The notes beneath the pieces were generated by a model. It saw only the letters and a list, made by a program, of their open reading frames with translations, had not been told where the DNA came from and searched no databases. 64,000 nt of DNA, from assembly GCF_032062105.1 (NCBI RefSeq), contig NW_026932690.1, forward strand, positions 124,001-188,000, written 5' to 3'. The translations under genes and the position numbers were made by a program. This document shows positions 24,177-37,770 of this stretch, piece by piece (the first letter of the stretch is position 1; each line of letters opens with the position of its first letter). This stretch comes from Saccostrea cucullata. Taxonomy: Eukaryota.

Positions 24177-26049
24177 TTAAGCTTATGAATGGTAGATAAG
24201 GGTAGATCAAAGATTTAGGTGTGAGTTCAAGGAGCGTTGAGGTGGGTAGGGGTGAAGAGTTAGGATTGGTATTTAAGTGCTATAAATGTTAAGAAAATCG
24301 TTATTTCCATTGGGTTCATTACACCATATTCCATCATTTTCCATATTTAACAATTATGTCAGTTAAAGAAAGCTTATTTATTTCTAAAAATATATTTAAC
24401 AGCCACAGGTCGTAATTTTGTGGGGAATGACCAAATGTACTTGTAAAAGATAGACGTTTATTCCCTATTCCCTAAATGTTTTCAACTTCACTATTTTAAC
24501 TGTTTTTGGTAGAAGTTTGTATCAAATGGATCAAATCTGATTAAATTCGACTTAATGAAAACAAATCAATGAACTTCAAAGAAAATTCTTTATACAATTC
24601 ATTTACAAGATTATGTGCTAATAAGACTATAATGCATGCAATTGAAATTGAGTATTTTTTTTTTTTATTTTAAAACCTGATTACGAACCTGTGAAACCGT
24701 CTCCTAATCGACTTAAGTGATTGCTAGTTCCTTAACCGGGTAGTTCTAAGTCAACGATTCCCAAAATGACGCGTGGTCGTTATTTTGTTTGATTTTTGTT
24801 TAATTTGTTCGCTTGTAAACTTATAAATTCACATAGATATTTTAATTGTCGAAATAACGGACATTAAATGCTATGCTAAAATTCAGTGAATTAACTTTTT
24901 TGCCAAGTGTTGCTGAATCGACTTAATTGTGATTAAATGGTTATACATATGTATGATATTTAATGTAATAAATAATGCTTATATATGATTGTGAACCCTA
25001 CTTAGGATTTTGTGAGGTTTTGATCAAAACAACTTGTCAAATTTTAGAAGCTAATGACAATTAAAACTTTTTGTTACTTATAAATTTGAACAAGATTTTT
25101 ATCATTCTTAATTTTAAATGCGTCTTGAAATGATTTTTAACCTCTCTCTTTCTCTCTCAAATGAATACCACCTCGATTACATATATTTGGTAATAAAAGA
25201 TTATTGAATTCATATTAGACAGTTGTTACTTTACATACTAACCTCTTATAGAGAAATAATTTAAATGATTCAATGAACAATAAATAGATAAAAGTGAATA
25301 AATACACAAATCACACAATGATCGGAATAAGGGAGGGATCGGGGAGGGAGCAGCAGATGACATATATTTCTATACCAAACTCTGAAAATGTTTGATATAT
25401 ATCGTAAAATAGTCAAACTTACCTAGTTTGCACATACGTTCACCCTCCTCCTTTTTACATTCCAATAAATTAAAAATCGCTAATAAAAAATAAATATTTA
25501 AAGTGCAAAAGTAAACGACGAACTTCAACAGTTTTCCTTTAAAATCTCACAAATGAAGATGAAAAGCTCCCTGGTATAAAAGCAGTTTTTAAAGGGTTCG
25601 CGAAGAAAATGTTTACGTGATCAAAATAATCTTGACAGTGAAAAAGCTGCCATTGGGAAGTATAGCATTTCATTGAAGTTATGATATATTGAATTCAATT
25701 TCTATCGATCCGAAAATGATATATATTTCTTTGTTATGAATGAGATAAAATCACAAAGCGACGTCGTATAGAGCACAACAAAATGGAATCAGCGAAAAAG
25801 GAACAATCTGATGGCATTTGGTACATCACAATTAAATTCATATGACAATACAAAATAAATTCATTGTTAGCATTATTAAAAGTGCTCCAAAAGTGCAAGG
25901 TTTTCTTCTTTTATTGGAAATTCGATCATGTTTACAACGCTATTATCACCAAAAGATAGCAGTTAATTTTTTTCAATCAACATTACCTTTTCTAATTAAA
26001 ATTGATTAAGGACATTTAAAAATGCTTCTTAAGTTTACGAATAACATTC

Positions 26050-26150
26050 CATCGTGGGTTCGAATCTCACTGCGGGCCTTCGAAAACGAAGTAAAAACCG
26101 AGGTCCTTTGTCGCAGTGGATGCTGGCACGAAAACGATCCACCGCATTTA
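26050..26150 (+). mobile_element. tRNA-derived SINE fragment (Deu/Nin-domain-like)
   Basis: B-box GGTTCGAATCTC followed by AAAACCGAGGTCC...GGCACGAAAACGATCC, which resembles the conserved Deu/Nin SINE domain. Confidence 0.5.
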
Positions 26151-28049
26151 AAAGGGCGTTAAAAAATAAACAAAAAACACCATGAGCTATAGACCGTAAA
26201 TATTCAACATATAACAAAACATGCATGGACAGCCTAGTTCTCGACTTGTCAAATATACATCTGGAGTTGGAATAAATCGTCACCTTATTTTTAACAAAAC
26301 ATTTTTTTAGAGATGAATTTAATCTTAATCTTTAATATCCTCTGTATTCCTAGTTGTCAATTATGGATAAGACACAACCAAAAGACGGAATAAATCCATT
26401 TATTTTAACCATAATAAATTTTTGACCCATAGTACATGTATATTAATAATGTTATTATTATACTATGGGTTATAAAATAATTACCGAAACAAGTGCCTGT
26501 GGACTGTATGGCGGATTTTAGTCACTCTCATTTCCCGATCTTTTTGGTTAATATTAGTTGACTGAAAGGCACATGTAGTTTTCCTTTGGAAATAAGAGAG
26601 GCTATAGCTTTTGCTAATTTAAAGATACCTCCTGGAACCACGTATGAGTAACTTTCGGAGAACCAATATTTTATTTGCACCGTTTTGCTGTAGTGTTCCG
26701 AGCTGTCAGGAAGCACCAAGTTAAATGAATAATTAATAACTTGCTGCATGTTTTAGTAAATATCTCATACAAAGAATAAAATTGGATGAATGGCCATCCC
26801 CTTTTCTTCACACTAGAGAGCTACAGATCTGCAGCTAGCTGTCATTCAAAAAAACGGTATAAAAATATTTACAATCAAATAATTGAAAACCCGATCTATG
26901 TTCGATATTTTGTTGCACTGGTCTATAAACGCACTTCTCAATGTACGTATATGAGACTAATGATGCTTAAAATTTTAATCCTATTATATAGGACATACAT
27001 AGCTTGACACTCAGAAAGAGCAATGGGGGATTCATTTAATGAGTACCTGGGAAGAAATAGGCTTTTCACTGTATCCCTGAATTAAAACTCTCTGTCAAAC
27101 ATAACGGGTTTCTCAAATTAGCGATTTAAAAAAAAAAAGTACATTCAACCTGCATAAATGATTTTAATGACATTTCAGTACAATGCATATCCGTTCTTAT
27201 GTTTGGTGACCCCAGCTACAAAGACGGAGCTCCCTATGTGGGCCGCGGTGTATGTATTTATAGGCCTCGAAGAATTCCAATTCTTTAAATGAGAAATAAT
27301 TACATCACAAGATCCAGAGTAATAATTTTATGTGATTTGTCTGATTGTTGAGAAGTTATGGCGTTCATTGTTAAATAAACAGTAAACACCACTCTACGTA
27401 AACAGAGATGCACTCCTGACTTCGCTCTTTGGTGTCTCTAACCACAATAAGGGCATCAAAAAGCGGAGCATCCCCTCACAAAGAGCATATCTATAAATAG
27501 AGGCAGTACTCGACATCGATCCCAATGCAAATTAGGTCACTTCCGTTTCGCACAGTGCACACTAAACCACAAACAAACACACAATACCGTTACTATATCA
27601 CTTCTAATTCTATTGCAAGGGGATAATAAATGGAGAGAGGCGTATATTCTCCTCCACCAAGAACAGACTCCAGGAAAAAAGAGGGGTTAGGAAGAGCGGG
27701 GAGGAGGGGGTGACAGAAAAGATAGATATATGAAGCCTATTACATGATCATCTGATGTGATGTTTAAATTACAATAAACTCAAATTTCCTTTATTTATAA
27801 AAAAAATCTTAGAACACAATTCCAAAATCAGTTTCCCTCCACTCCAGCCTCACAAATAATTTTCATAATCCCGTTTTCTGAATGATATAATCTCCAGTCA
27901 GAAAATTCAGAAGTGATTATTGATTTTGTTGTTTAATTTTGGTATTTTTATAGCATAAATAATGAAAATATTCTCAATCCATTCAACAGAACATACATGT
28001 ATACTGTGTTACAGTAACAATCTGATCATTTTAATCAATTTTTATCCTA

Positions 28050-31000
28050 TCAGGACTGGCTCCTTGTTGTTCTCTTTAGTTCGTCTAGTAACATCAGTGC
28101 TATCACATCACAGTGTCTCTGAGTTTTTATTGGGTTGTGTTTCCCTTGTTCTATATATAGACCTTTCACTGATTTCTTTTTGTCTGAAAAAAAAGAAATC
28201 AAATAAAAATACATTCTTACACAATATTTATATGTTTTAGTATGTATAATTTGCTAACTATAGGATACATGTATCAGCATGGCCTGAACAAATAATCATT
28301 ACATTTATCTTTTTAAACACTTTAGGGACATTATAATTAATTACCCCGGGTTGTATTCCATACACCCTGAGGCCGAAGGCCGAAGGGTGTATGGAATACA
28401 AATAATTTCCTTTGTACCCATAAAAATGCTTTGTAAACATGATTTTTTGCTTTTATCATAGAGAATGTATGCATTGTGACGTCACGTTTATTTACACCCG
28501 GCTCAAGTCGGGTGCACGGATATTTACACCCGACTTTGTAACCAATCAAAAAAAGGAAATAATATTAGTTATCCAGGTCCAATCATTAATTTGACATATG
28601 TACCCAAATAATTCTTTATAAAGCTGTGTATCAAGCTATCGATATAAGATTTACTACGTCCTACAATGCATTGTGACGTCACGATTTATTTACAAATCGG
28701 GTATTTACACCCGACTTTGTAACCAATCAAAGCTCCTGTTACAAGCTAGATAGGAAATAAGACATATCCCTCTGTATGTGTACCTGGGAAAATAAAATTA
28801 TCATTTTTATCCATTTTGGCGAATTCCGCAGGCTCTAGGTTCATTTTCTGAGCGAGCTCCTCTGATATATCAGTCTCTACTACCGAGTCCTGACCCGAGT
28901 AAACAAACGTTACAGGTATGCCTCTACTGCTCAGGGCAAATATATTGGTCTCCATCTGACAATGAGAACAAGTCATCAGTCTGGTGCAAAAAATAACTGA
29001 CACAGCTTTTATGAATATTGTACAGAAAAAGAAAGGGGAGGAGATCAATTGGATCACCTCACCCTTTTTCTAGAGTGCAATGGAAAAGGGCCAGGTGATC
29101 CAATTGGGTAGGAGATGGATTTAAGGGGGATAACTCTGGTACTTATCACAGCTCAGATCAAAGATGAAGAGATGGAAGTAGCATCTAACCAAAACTTAAG
29201 AAATTAATGAGGATATTTGGTGAGTTTAGAAAGACAATCTATCAGAGATAAACATTGCTTCAAGAAGGTGCACTATGAACATAAATGATTTAAATAAAAC
29301 TTTGTACTGCTAGAAACAAACTAAAAGATTACTGATACATTGTATAGATAAACCTAAATGTGTACAGATTAACTTACATTTTCAAACTGATAGTTGGCTG
29401 CCTCCACAGTGGACTTGATGATGTGAAGCAATGGGACATTCCGTGTTCCAATCCTCCGAAATATGTACTTGTCAATCATAACCCGTAATAACAGGAAAAA
29501 TCGTAACAATTTATTATCATACATCCTGGCCACTCTCTGAACACCCTTATATGGAGAAATCCCTCTACAACACAAATTCACATTTTTTTTTAATGTTCAT
29601 ACAAATGTAATATTTTCATTGATAGGACAGTCAGATTTTTTTTACAGTTTATCTCGTTTAAGAACAGCTGAATATTTCACAAATCTTACAAGTAAATCTT
29701 AAACTGTTATTAAAGTAACAAAATTGTTCCAATTTTTGAAAACTTGCACAAAATAAATATTTTTATTGTTTGAAGTAATCCTTAGTGATATATTTATTGA
29801 TGATTGTGATTACCTGAATACTCTGTGTCCTCCAGGGCAAACAAGACCAAGAGATTTGATCCAGGTGTGGGAGGCCGCCAGATCCAGAGCGGGGTAACAC
29901 CCAGACCCCTGAGCCACTAACATGTCTACCCTACAAAACAACAGGAAATTAATACAATGTCATGTTTGTCACTAGAGATATCTCTACCTGTGAAATTGAT
30001 TTTCCAATATTACTTGTCAATGCTCAGCTCCTGGAGAAATCGTAGAACAAAGTCTGATCGTTCATCTGTAGCTCCCCTAAATATGAACTCATGGGCCTTG
30101 ACAAAAGGGTTGGTTTTTCCAAAACCTGCAAAGAATTTTTTATGATTATCAGTCGGGCTGTGTATTGAGTCAAAAATTTTGATACGATACGATACAATAT
30201 TTTTTAAAGCGATATGCGATATATTGGATTCTAAAACAAGTCCATCAGAAAAGGCTTCTAAATCATTTTAATTCATGAATTTCATAACAATTAAGTGTTT
30301 TATTATATTTACTGTCATTCAAATAATACTTAAAACAATTTTTAATGATTTAAAAATAAATTCTCTTTGTATTTGTAATAATTATAAAAACTGTGTTATT
30401 TCCTTACAAATTATATAATTATTGAACAGTTTTAATTCAGAATGAAATATAATATACCACACTGATTTCCATTAGAGTTACATGTATTTGTATCTGTTGT
30501 GGTTATAGCGAGTGCAGCGAGCTCAGTACACAAACACAGAAAATTTATTATTGAAATTTTTATAATCTAGTCAAGCAAATTATTTTATGAAATCCTCCCC
30601 GATTTCCTTAAAAGCAATGTTGGTGAATATAACTATAAATCCTTAATATTTAGTTATAATGAACATTTAGTTCTTGCAGAGAAACAAATAAATTATTGCA
30701 TCTACACTGCAATATCTTTTGTTAAAAAATTAAACAACCTTAAGTTCTGAACCAGGTATGTCTATTTATACTTGGCTATGGAAATGCAATATAACACAAA
30801 CTGACAGGAAGCATAATAATGGTGAATATATTTATGGGTCCTTTAAAAGTTATAATGAACATTTACTTGATTTAGTTCTTGTGGAGAAACTAAAAATAAT
30901 TGAGTCTACTGACTGCAATATCTTTTGTTAAAAAATTTCACAATATAAACCTGAACCAATTTTAATTAGATTGACATACGACATCAGTGATGCAACAATC

Positions 31001-31724
31001 TTGACTAGCTCATGCAATTTGAAGTGTGAAAGTTATAAGTTGTAAGCTGTTTCATTTGACATTTTCTGAATGAAGGCACAACTGTGATCAACCCCAATGG
31101 TCACATATTATGAAGAGAAGAACCATGCAGGATGTTGTAGCATTAAAAAAGAATTTCAACAAATCTCTTCACATATTCTAAACATATTTTTATCTGACCT
31201 GGAAAGTTGACTGCAATGACTCTATACCCAGCTCTTGCTAAAGGTTTCATGAGGGGTAACACATCTAAATGTGACCCAGGGGATCCCGGTAAGAAAACCA
31301 CCGTCTTTATGCCCTTCCCGACTACCCCATCAGGATGTGAGTCTATGTAGCAAACATCAAACAAAATCCCAAAAGGGCACTCCTCGTAGAAGTCATACAG
31401 TGAGTGCACAGTGATGTATCGTAGAGATATATCGGAGGTCTCACTGATTGTTTCATTCTGGTCAGCAGTTAATGTCTGTGTCACACTCTCATACAAAGAT
31501 TTTAAGGACGGGGAATTTCCCGATGGTGCTTCAATAGCCACTCCTACACTTTCTTTGGTGTGTGATCTCTGGACCTGTCGGTTGTGGTGCAATAAATGCG
31601 GACAAACACAAGTACATCCTCGCCAGTTTCGTCTGCCTATCAACTGCGAGAAGGAACGAGATGACAGAGTGTTTCTAGTCAGAGAAAAGGTCCGATGCAC
31701 AGCATGTTGTAAACAACGTATCAT
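28050..31724 (-). CDS. Alpha/beta-hydrolase fold protein (DUF1057-like), 415 aa, probable mitochondrial presequence
   Basis: Six phase-consistent exons: 31724-31199, 30125-30014, 29930-29814, 29564-29378, 28955-28784 and 28183-28050. Motifs 'TVVFLPGSPGSHLD', 'GYRVIAVNFPGFG', elbow 'VAQGSG', 'YSGQDSVV' and 'QGKHNP'. Arg-rich, acid-free N-terminus. Confidence 0.88.
28258..28760. mobile_element. Non-autonomous Crypton-like element in the hydrolase intron
   Basis: Hairpin TGTATTCCATACACCCT-GAGGCCGAAGGCCGA-AGGGTGTATGGAATACA (28352-28400). Internal direct repeats ATGCATTGTGACGTCACG and TATTTACACCCGACTTTGTAACCAATCAAA. Family assignment is from motif resemblance only. Confidence 0.55.
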
Positions 31725-32047
31725 ATTTCATCTCTAAAACAATACTCCAAAGTACGAATAAATAATAAATCCCGGCTTAACAAGTATGAGGCATTTTCTT
31801 GATTTTGACCTTGCAACCAATGGGCGCAGCCATATTGTAAAACTAAATTAAAAATCTAGAAAAGGAAACTTAAATCCCGGATAACTTAAAGAACATGCCA
31901 AGTCACGCACAATTTAGAAAAGTCAAAAGCTATTGTACGTTTTTAAATAGAAAAAGTTAAAACAATAGACAGTGCATTCAATTGAAAAACACAACCTGGT
32001 ATTTCTAAATACTTTCTGTTTTTATTTTACTTGTCGAAATCCGCCAT
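31725..32047. promoter_or_regulatory. Probable bidirectional promoter and 5'UTR exon between the hydrolase and TRIM genes
   Basis: Divergent start codons 705 bp apart. CCAAT at 31817. YY1-like CGCAGCCAT and CCGCCAT cores. Donor GTAAGT at 32048 and acceptor at 32409 upstream of the TRIM ATG. Confidence 0.55.
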
Positions 32048-32428
32048 GTAAGTATATTTTACTGAATTCCGTTCCAAAGTAAAATTTTAATTCTGATTTA
32101 TTCATCAAAATTCATTTCTCGAAATTCTGAAACATCTAAAAAATATTTGTACAAAAGATTAACTTATTCCATGACTTTATGTTTCGACCTTATAATGTAT
32201 TACACATTAAATGCAATGCATTTTTTTTTATCAATTTAATGAAATGTAAAAAAAAATTTGAAGAGAATTCCCAGTTTTTTAAACAGTTAGCGACTGCGTG
32301 TCCTTCAACTATCAATATTTTCTCATTTTGTTGATAAATGTTTCGAATTTTGAACCTCAGTAATTTTAGGGGAAACATTTTTCATAGCTTGGCACATTTT
32401 TTTACGCAGGGATCAACCGTCCTCTAAA

Positions 32429-35400
32429 ATGTACCTTCCGGTTATGACGCAGTCTCCACGCGTCTCCAGCAAGGTGTCACTGCGTCCCCAAATCGAACAC
32501 GTGCGACAGAAATTCCTCGAATGCGGCATATGTATGAACGAATACAACGACACAGACAGGAGACCTCGTGTTCTGCCCTGCCTCCACTCCTTTTGTGACC
32601 AGTGCATCAAAACCATGAGGACACGTGACGTCATCAAATGTTCCGAATGTAACGAATCGCACGATATCCCAGGGGGCGACATGAACAACTTTCCGGTAGA
32701 CGAGAGTCGGGAGTACCTCATTAACTACCTAAAGGTGCAAACGAAGTCCTCACAGATTCTGTGTGAGGAATGTGCCATGAAGAAGAAGGCTACTAATCGT
32801 TGTAAGGAGTGCTCACAGTTCCTATGTGGGGAATGCACTGACGCCCACAAACGGACAAAGATCACCAAAACACACGACGTGGTCAACATTGAAGATCTCA
32901 AGGAGGCCACATTAGAGGAATACCAGCATACACACACCTGCAAGGTCCATGGTCATGAGGACCAACCGTTTGCGTTTTACTGCTATTCAAAGTCCTGTGA
33001 CAAACCAGTCTGCGCTCTCTGTGCTGTTAAAGAGCACCAGGAATCCAAGGGCCACGAGATTCGGAATATTGAAGATGTTTACTTAGAGAACAAACGGGCT
33101 ATCGAGGTCCTAGTGTCTGAGGTTAAACATCGCCAACTTTCAGCAGACGACACTCTTACATCCATCGAAGAAATCGTCAAGAAAATGGACACTCTCCAGA
33201 CTTCCGTAACGGAAGAGATCGACGTTTTGTTTGATAGATGTCAGAAAATTGTTGACAGACGGCGGAATGAACTGAAAAACAAACTTCACGCCATTGTTAA
33301 AGGTACGATATAGTATCTTAGAAGAAAACATATTTATGTTTGAACGCCAAGTTTTTTTCAAGTACTAGTAATTATGTTCTCTTCAAATATTTTTTTCCAA
33401 CTCAAGCAAAGAAAATACGACTGCAGCAGCAGACGGAGGAACTAAGCAACCATAGAAGTAATATGGACGACGCCAACGAGGTGGCTGGTAGTGTCTCTAC
33501 CTACAGTACTCCGTCAGAGTGCCTAAACATGAAAGACGCCATTAAAAGACGACTGAAAGAGCTCAAAGAAAAACCATTCGACATTACTCCTCACGAAAAT
33601 GCTGATATCAAGGTACAAGCCTTTCAAGTATTTTTTTAATGCTTTATTTTTGAATATTTTCATACTTACAAAAAACAAAATACACACACAAACACACCCT
33701 CACATACCACACGCACTCTGTGCACCTTTCCCAAAATACCAGCTTTCATAATTACACCTTAAGTAATAATTGAAATTGTGTATGACAAATCAAATCAAAC
33801 ATTGCCCATTTACTATACATTTTAGTTCTACAATGAAAATTGCTCTCACAATATTTTTTCAATTTTCCTGTAATACTTAAAAATGTTAACAGCTTCTGTA
33901 AATTTAGGTATAGTACATTGAGTTCTTGAGTAATACAAATACTTTTTTCCTAACAAGATGAGAAAATTTTCTAAACAATTTCCTTCAATATTACCCAGCA
34001 TCACCTTTTGTTTTGAAATTACATAATCATTTTCAAATGTTTGATACCAATTTTCAAAATCTTTCCAAAAAATAGTTATTTACAATCATAAAAGATGAAT
34101 CAATGTTTCTGGATCTGTTTTACAGAAAGAACAAAAATTGTTTTCAGCAATTTTTATCTTGTGAAGAAAAGAATTTGTGGCAAGGAAGCCCATAAGAATT
34201 CTATATTGAAAGTAAATTATTTTGGTGTCCTTTGTACATATTGAAGCATTCCGAAGGAAAAATTCCCAGTGTTTTTCTGTTCATTTAAGTAAATCTCCCA
34301 TTTTAACTTTTTGGATTCTGGTGCCACAAAATTCTTATCTTTTATAATTTTATACAGAAATTTTATACTTGTATACTTTCAAGTATTTACCGAAAATGAG
34401 AATAAATGGCTTAAAAGTGCATTTGGTTTATCTTTTTTATCATTACATTGCAATTGTTTTAATTTTGCTTTGAAACTGTCTTGTCTTGTTTTAAACATGA
34501 CATTTATCCAAAACATGAAACATTGCATTATTTTCTCATTTTATTTTACAGTTCCAAAAGAGTTGCCTAGGCGACGAGTTTCAGGAATTCCTGAACAGCT
34601 GTGGGCATGTTTGGTCAACATCCGCGTATGTCCCCAACACACAGGTCGTGACCAATGACGTCATTGTTGACGAGGAGGAAGTCGCGGTTGTCGTCCGACT
34701 TTTTGATGTAGATGGAAATCAACAAAACGAGGGTAAGACTTAGAGTGAGCATCCCTCCTTAAAGTCATTTAAGCAAATGACACTGAAATCTTTTAGACTT
34801 TTTGTAAATTGCTAACTTTTTTTGGAAATAATGATTATCTTAATTCACCCTTTTAGGAGGTTGAAACTTTTGTACATCGCCAATAAAGCTACATGCATAT
34901 TGTTTTTAATTTCATTTTTCCAGGGGAGGTTGAAGTAAGAGCGGAGGTTAGGGACCCCGAGGGAAACCTGACCCAGCCCCTGGTGGAGGACTGCGCTCAG
35001 TCAGAGGGATGTTACAGCGTCCCGTTCGTGGGGAACAAGACGGGGAAACACGTCTGTTACATCTACGTTATGGGAGAGCAGGTCAACACTGAAGGTTACT
35101 CCTTCTACGTCCTGACTGGGAGAGGGGACTCCGGAGCCACATTTAGTAAGCTACTTATCTGTTACATATGTAACTATAGATATAACTATTGAATTGGTAC
35201 ATAATGGATATAACCAAAAGGTTTAGCATCACAGATGACGCGTTATAACCATGTTTTACTGTAACTCAGATTTTTTCTATTGTTGGACTTGTAGACAAAG
35301 ACAGGATCAAGAGTGCATCAACGTCCACAACAGGTATCAAACCGCAACTGTTTTACTTAACCTTTGTTATTATAGCAAATAAGATTAAATGAATACTCCA

Positions 35401-36308
35401 GTATTTAGTACAGGTAAATTAAATTGTTTTATCACATTCCTCTCAGATGGAGGGGATCGAACGTTCACGCCTGGAGTGGATCTTGTATTGGGTGACGTCA
35501 TCTGTACGTAAATTTGTAGTTTCATTACGTGTAATTTGAATATATGGAGAGCATAATATTTTGAGAATAATTTTGAAATAAAGCACAAAATTAGTTTGTC
35601 GATTTTTAACAGTTTTATTCCTTTTTGCTAGGTCCTGAATTCGTTTTCGACTCCTCCATTTCTCATGCCAGCATCGAGATTTCAGAAAATGCCAAACACA
35701 TGAAAGCAAAACCAGTCAAGCGTCCCTATTTTGGAAGCCATCAATCCAAAGAGTCCGGTCGTCTGATCAACTACCGCGGCACGATGGCGAACCTTCCGCT
35801 GTATAAGACAGGCCTGTTTTACTTTGAGGTGGCTGTCCAGTATAAGGTCCTCCGTCTTATCAGACAAACCATGCTGTTTGAGATTGCCCTGGCCAGACTA
35901 GATGTAGTTGACAAACACTACTCTGTCGACTGCTATCCATACGCATGGGCAGTGAGTGCTAGAGGGTGTCACGTGTGTGGAAAAGTATGTCTGCAGACCT
36001 GGCATAATGGCCAACTCCTGGCACACAATGCCCTGTCTCCACGCACACCAAATCCTCCTGGAACCAGTGTGCGCCTGCGCTATGGGTTTCTGTTGGATAC
36101 CGTCAAACGTCATTGGATCGTTGTGGATGCTAAATCCAATAAGATCGTATTCCATTTCAAGAATCTTGTGGTTTCGGAGTTGTCAGAGCCACTATGGCCG
36201 TTGTTTGGAATTTACAATCCGGAACTTGTCAGCGTCACTTTTCAGCTACTCACCGGAAGTGACATAAATAGCATACCAGAGGCCGCAACTGACGGCTTGG
36301 TCATTTAG
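32429..36308 (+). CDS. Tripartite-motif (RING-Bbox1-Bbox2-coiled coil) E3 ligase with filamin-like and C-terminal SPRY-like domain (TRIM45-like), ~751 aa
   Basis: RING 'CGIC..PRVLPCLHSFCDQC..CSEC', B-box1 'CEEC..CKECSQFLCGECTDAH..H', B-box2 'CKVH..FYC..CDKPVCALC..H..H', coiled coil and filamin-like 'AEVRDPEG..GCYSVPFVGNKTGKHVCYIYVMG'. Exons 32429-33302, 33407-33612, 34552-34732, 34924-35145, (35295-35333), (35447-35503) and 35632-36308. Confidence 0.9.
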
Positions 36309-37770
36309 GTCATGTCATTTTCAAGAAGTCGTTTGAACGATAGTACGCTTTATTGCCCTTTTACTTGAGTTGTTTTCTCAGATTACGTGCATGTACATAC
36401 AGTGTTTATTTTACTTTTCTTGTATCTTTTCTTTCACGTGTTTGTGTGAGGGCTTGTGTGTGTATTTCTAATTCTAAGACAATAAATAAATAGATTGGGC
36501 CTTGAAATTTTGAGTGTTGCTGGCAAACAATGAGATGATGGCACTATCACACTGTTATTTACACCCAGTAGTTAAAAACAATTCATTGCCTAAATAGCGT
36601 TTCCTAAACAAACTCCTTTCTCATATTTCTATACAGGTATACATACAAAATGAATAGTTTGATGATATATCAACATGACGATTGTGGATAGTTTCATAGA
36701 TTCGAAAATGCACAACCACATGTACTAGTATGAATGAAATTATACTATTTGAGACACATATTTCAACTTAAATTATTTTTATTTATCCTACGTCTCCAAT
36801 CTGTAGACTTTCAAACCGAGTGAGCACGTGTGAGTTTCCCGATTCGAAAGTGGATATTGATATTTCGATAGACAAAGGCTTACCTACAAATAAACATTCC
36901 AAATTAAACACGTATATATTTATATATTTTGTCAACTGAACCTCGGTGTCCTTACGATAACTGTGATAAGATAGTAATGATGGTGTAGTCTAGATAACAA
37001 ACTGGGTATGATGTCTGATAGATCTAATCGGGATACGTTTCTCTATTACACAACAAAATAATATCAGGAATCCCTGTGTTACCAATGTAAGTATATCGTA
37101 TATATAATTCACACATAATGCTGTAAAATCTGTGTCCATATCTTCCAGTATCAGAAATAAAGTGAGGGGCATAGGTAAAATAAAATCTAAGGTCACATGA
37201 GAGAGATAAGTCGGATATTTACAAAATATGACCTGTATAAACTACTGTAATACAGTGCATGGTCGTATGAAGCGAAGGGCTTGCCCTCGGATTGGGGGGG
37301 GGGGGGGAAGTCCCCTCAATAATTTTGAAAAAATTGTAGAAAACAATTCTACTCTTCCTGCTCTATGCTTGTGCCCCAAAATAAAAATGGCTCATGACTT
37401 TTTAATAAAAAATTGTCAAGGAGGAATTTTTGATAGTTGATTGTGAAACTCTCCCCCTCAAGCCCCCCTCCCCCAAGCCAAATTTGCTTTCGCCGGGCCG
37501 GCTCCAGTACTGTAAAGACTTATTGAAACGGATTAAGAGAGAGAAAATCGAATATTTCTCTAGTATTCTACGTTTAATGTGAAATACATTTACATGTACA
37601 TGTATATACTTGTAGTACACTACATTTCGAACTTGGACAAAACTGTATTTCGAAGAACATTTTGCGTAATGAAATCATTCCAGTTTGATGAATAGAATTG
37701 GAAATAACATTTGACTTTGAACTCATTTTTATTTTTAAAATTCTTATTACTTCTTTTTCAGAGCTTAATA

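Noticed and set aside
30630-30955. Local ~190-bp imperfect duplication in a hydrolase intron (similar small duplications at 1480-1790 and 6645-7050)
   Set aside because: Ordinary decayed tandem duplications with no further structure.
32413-32943. Antisense ORFs over the TRIM exon (similarly 10422-11164, 31411-31737, 35898-36155, 49832-50119)
   Set aside because: Shadow ORFs of real GC-richer coding exons.
37252-37514. Possible CAGT-terminated MITE upstream of the membrane-protein gene
   Set aside because: G/C tracts are suggestive, but the TIR match is too short to define the element.
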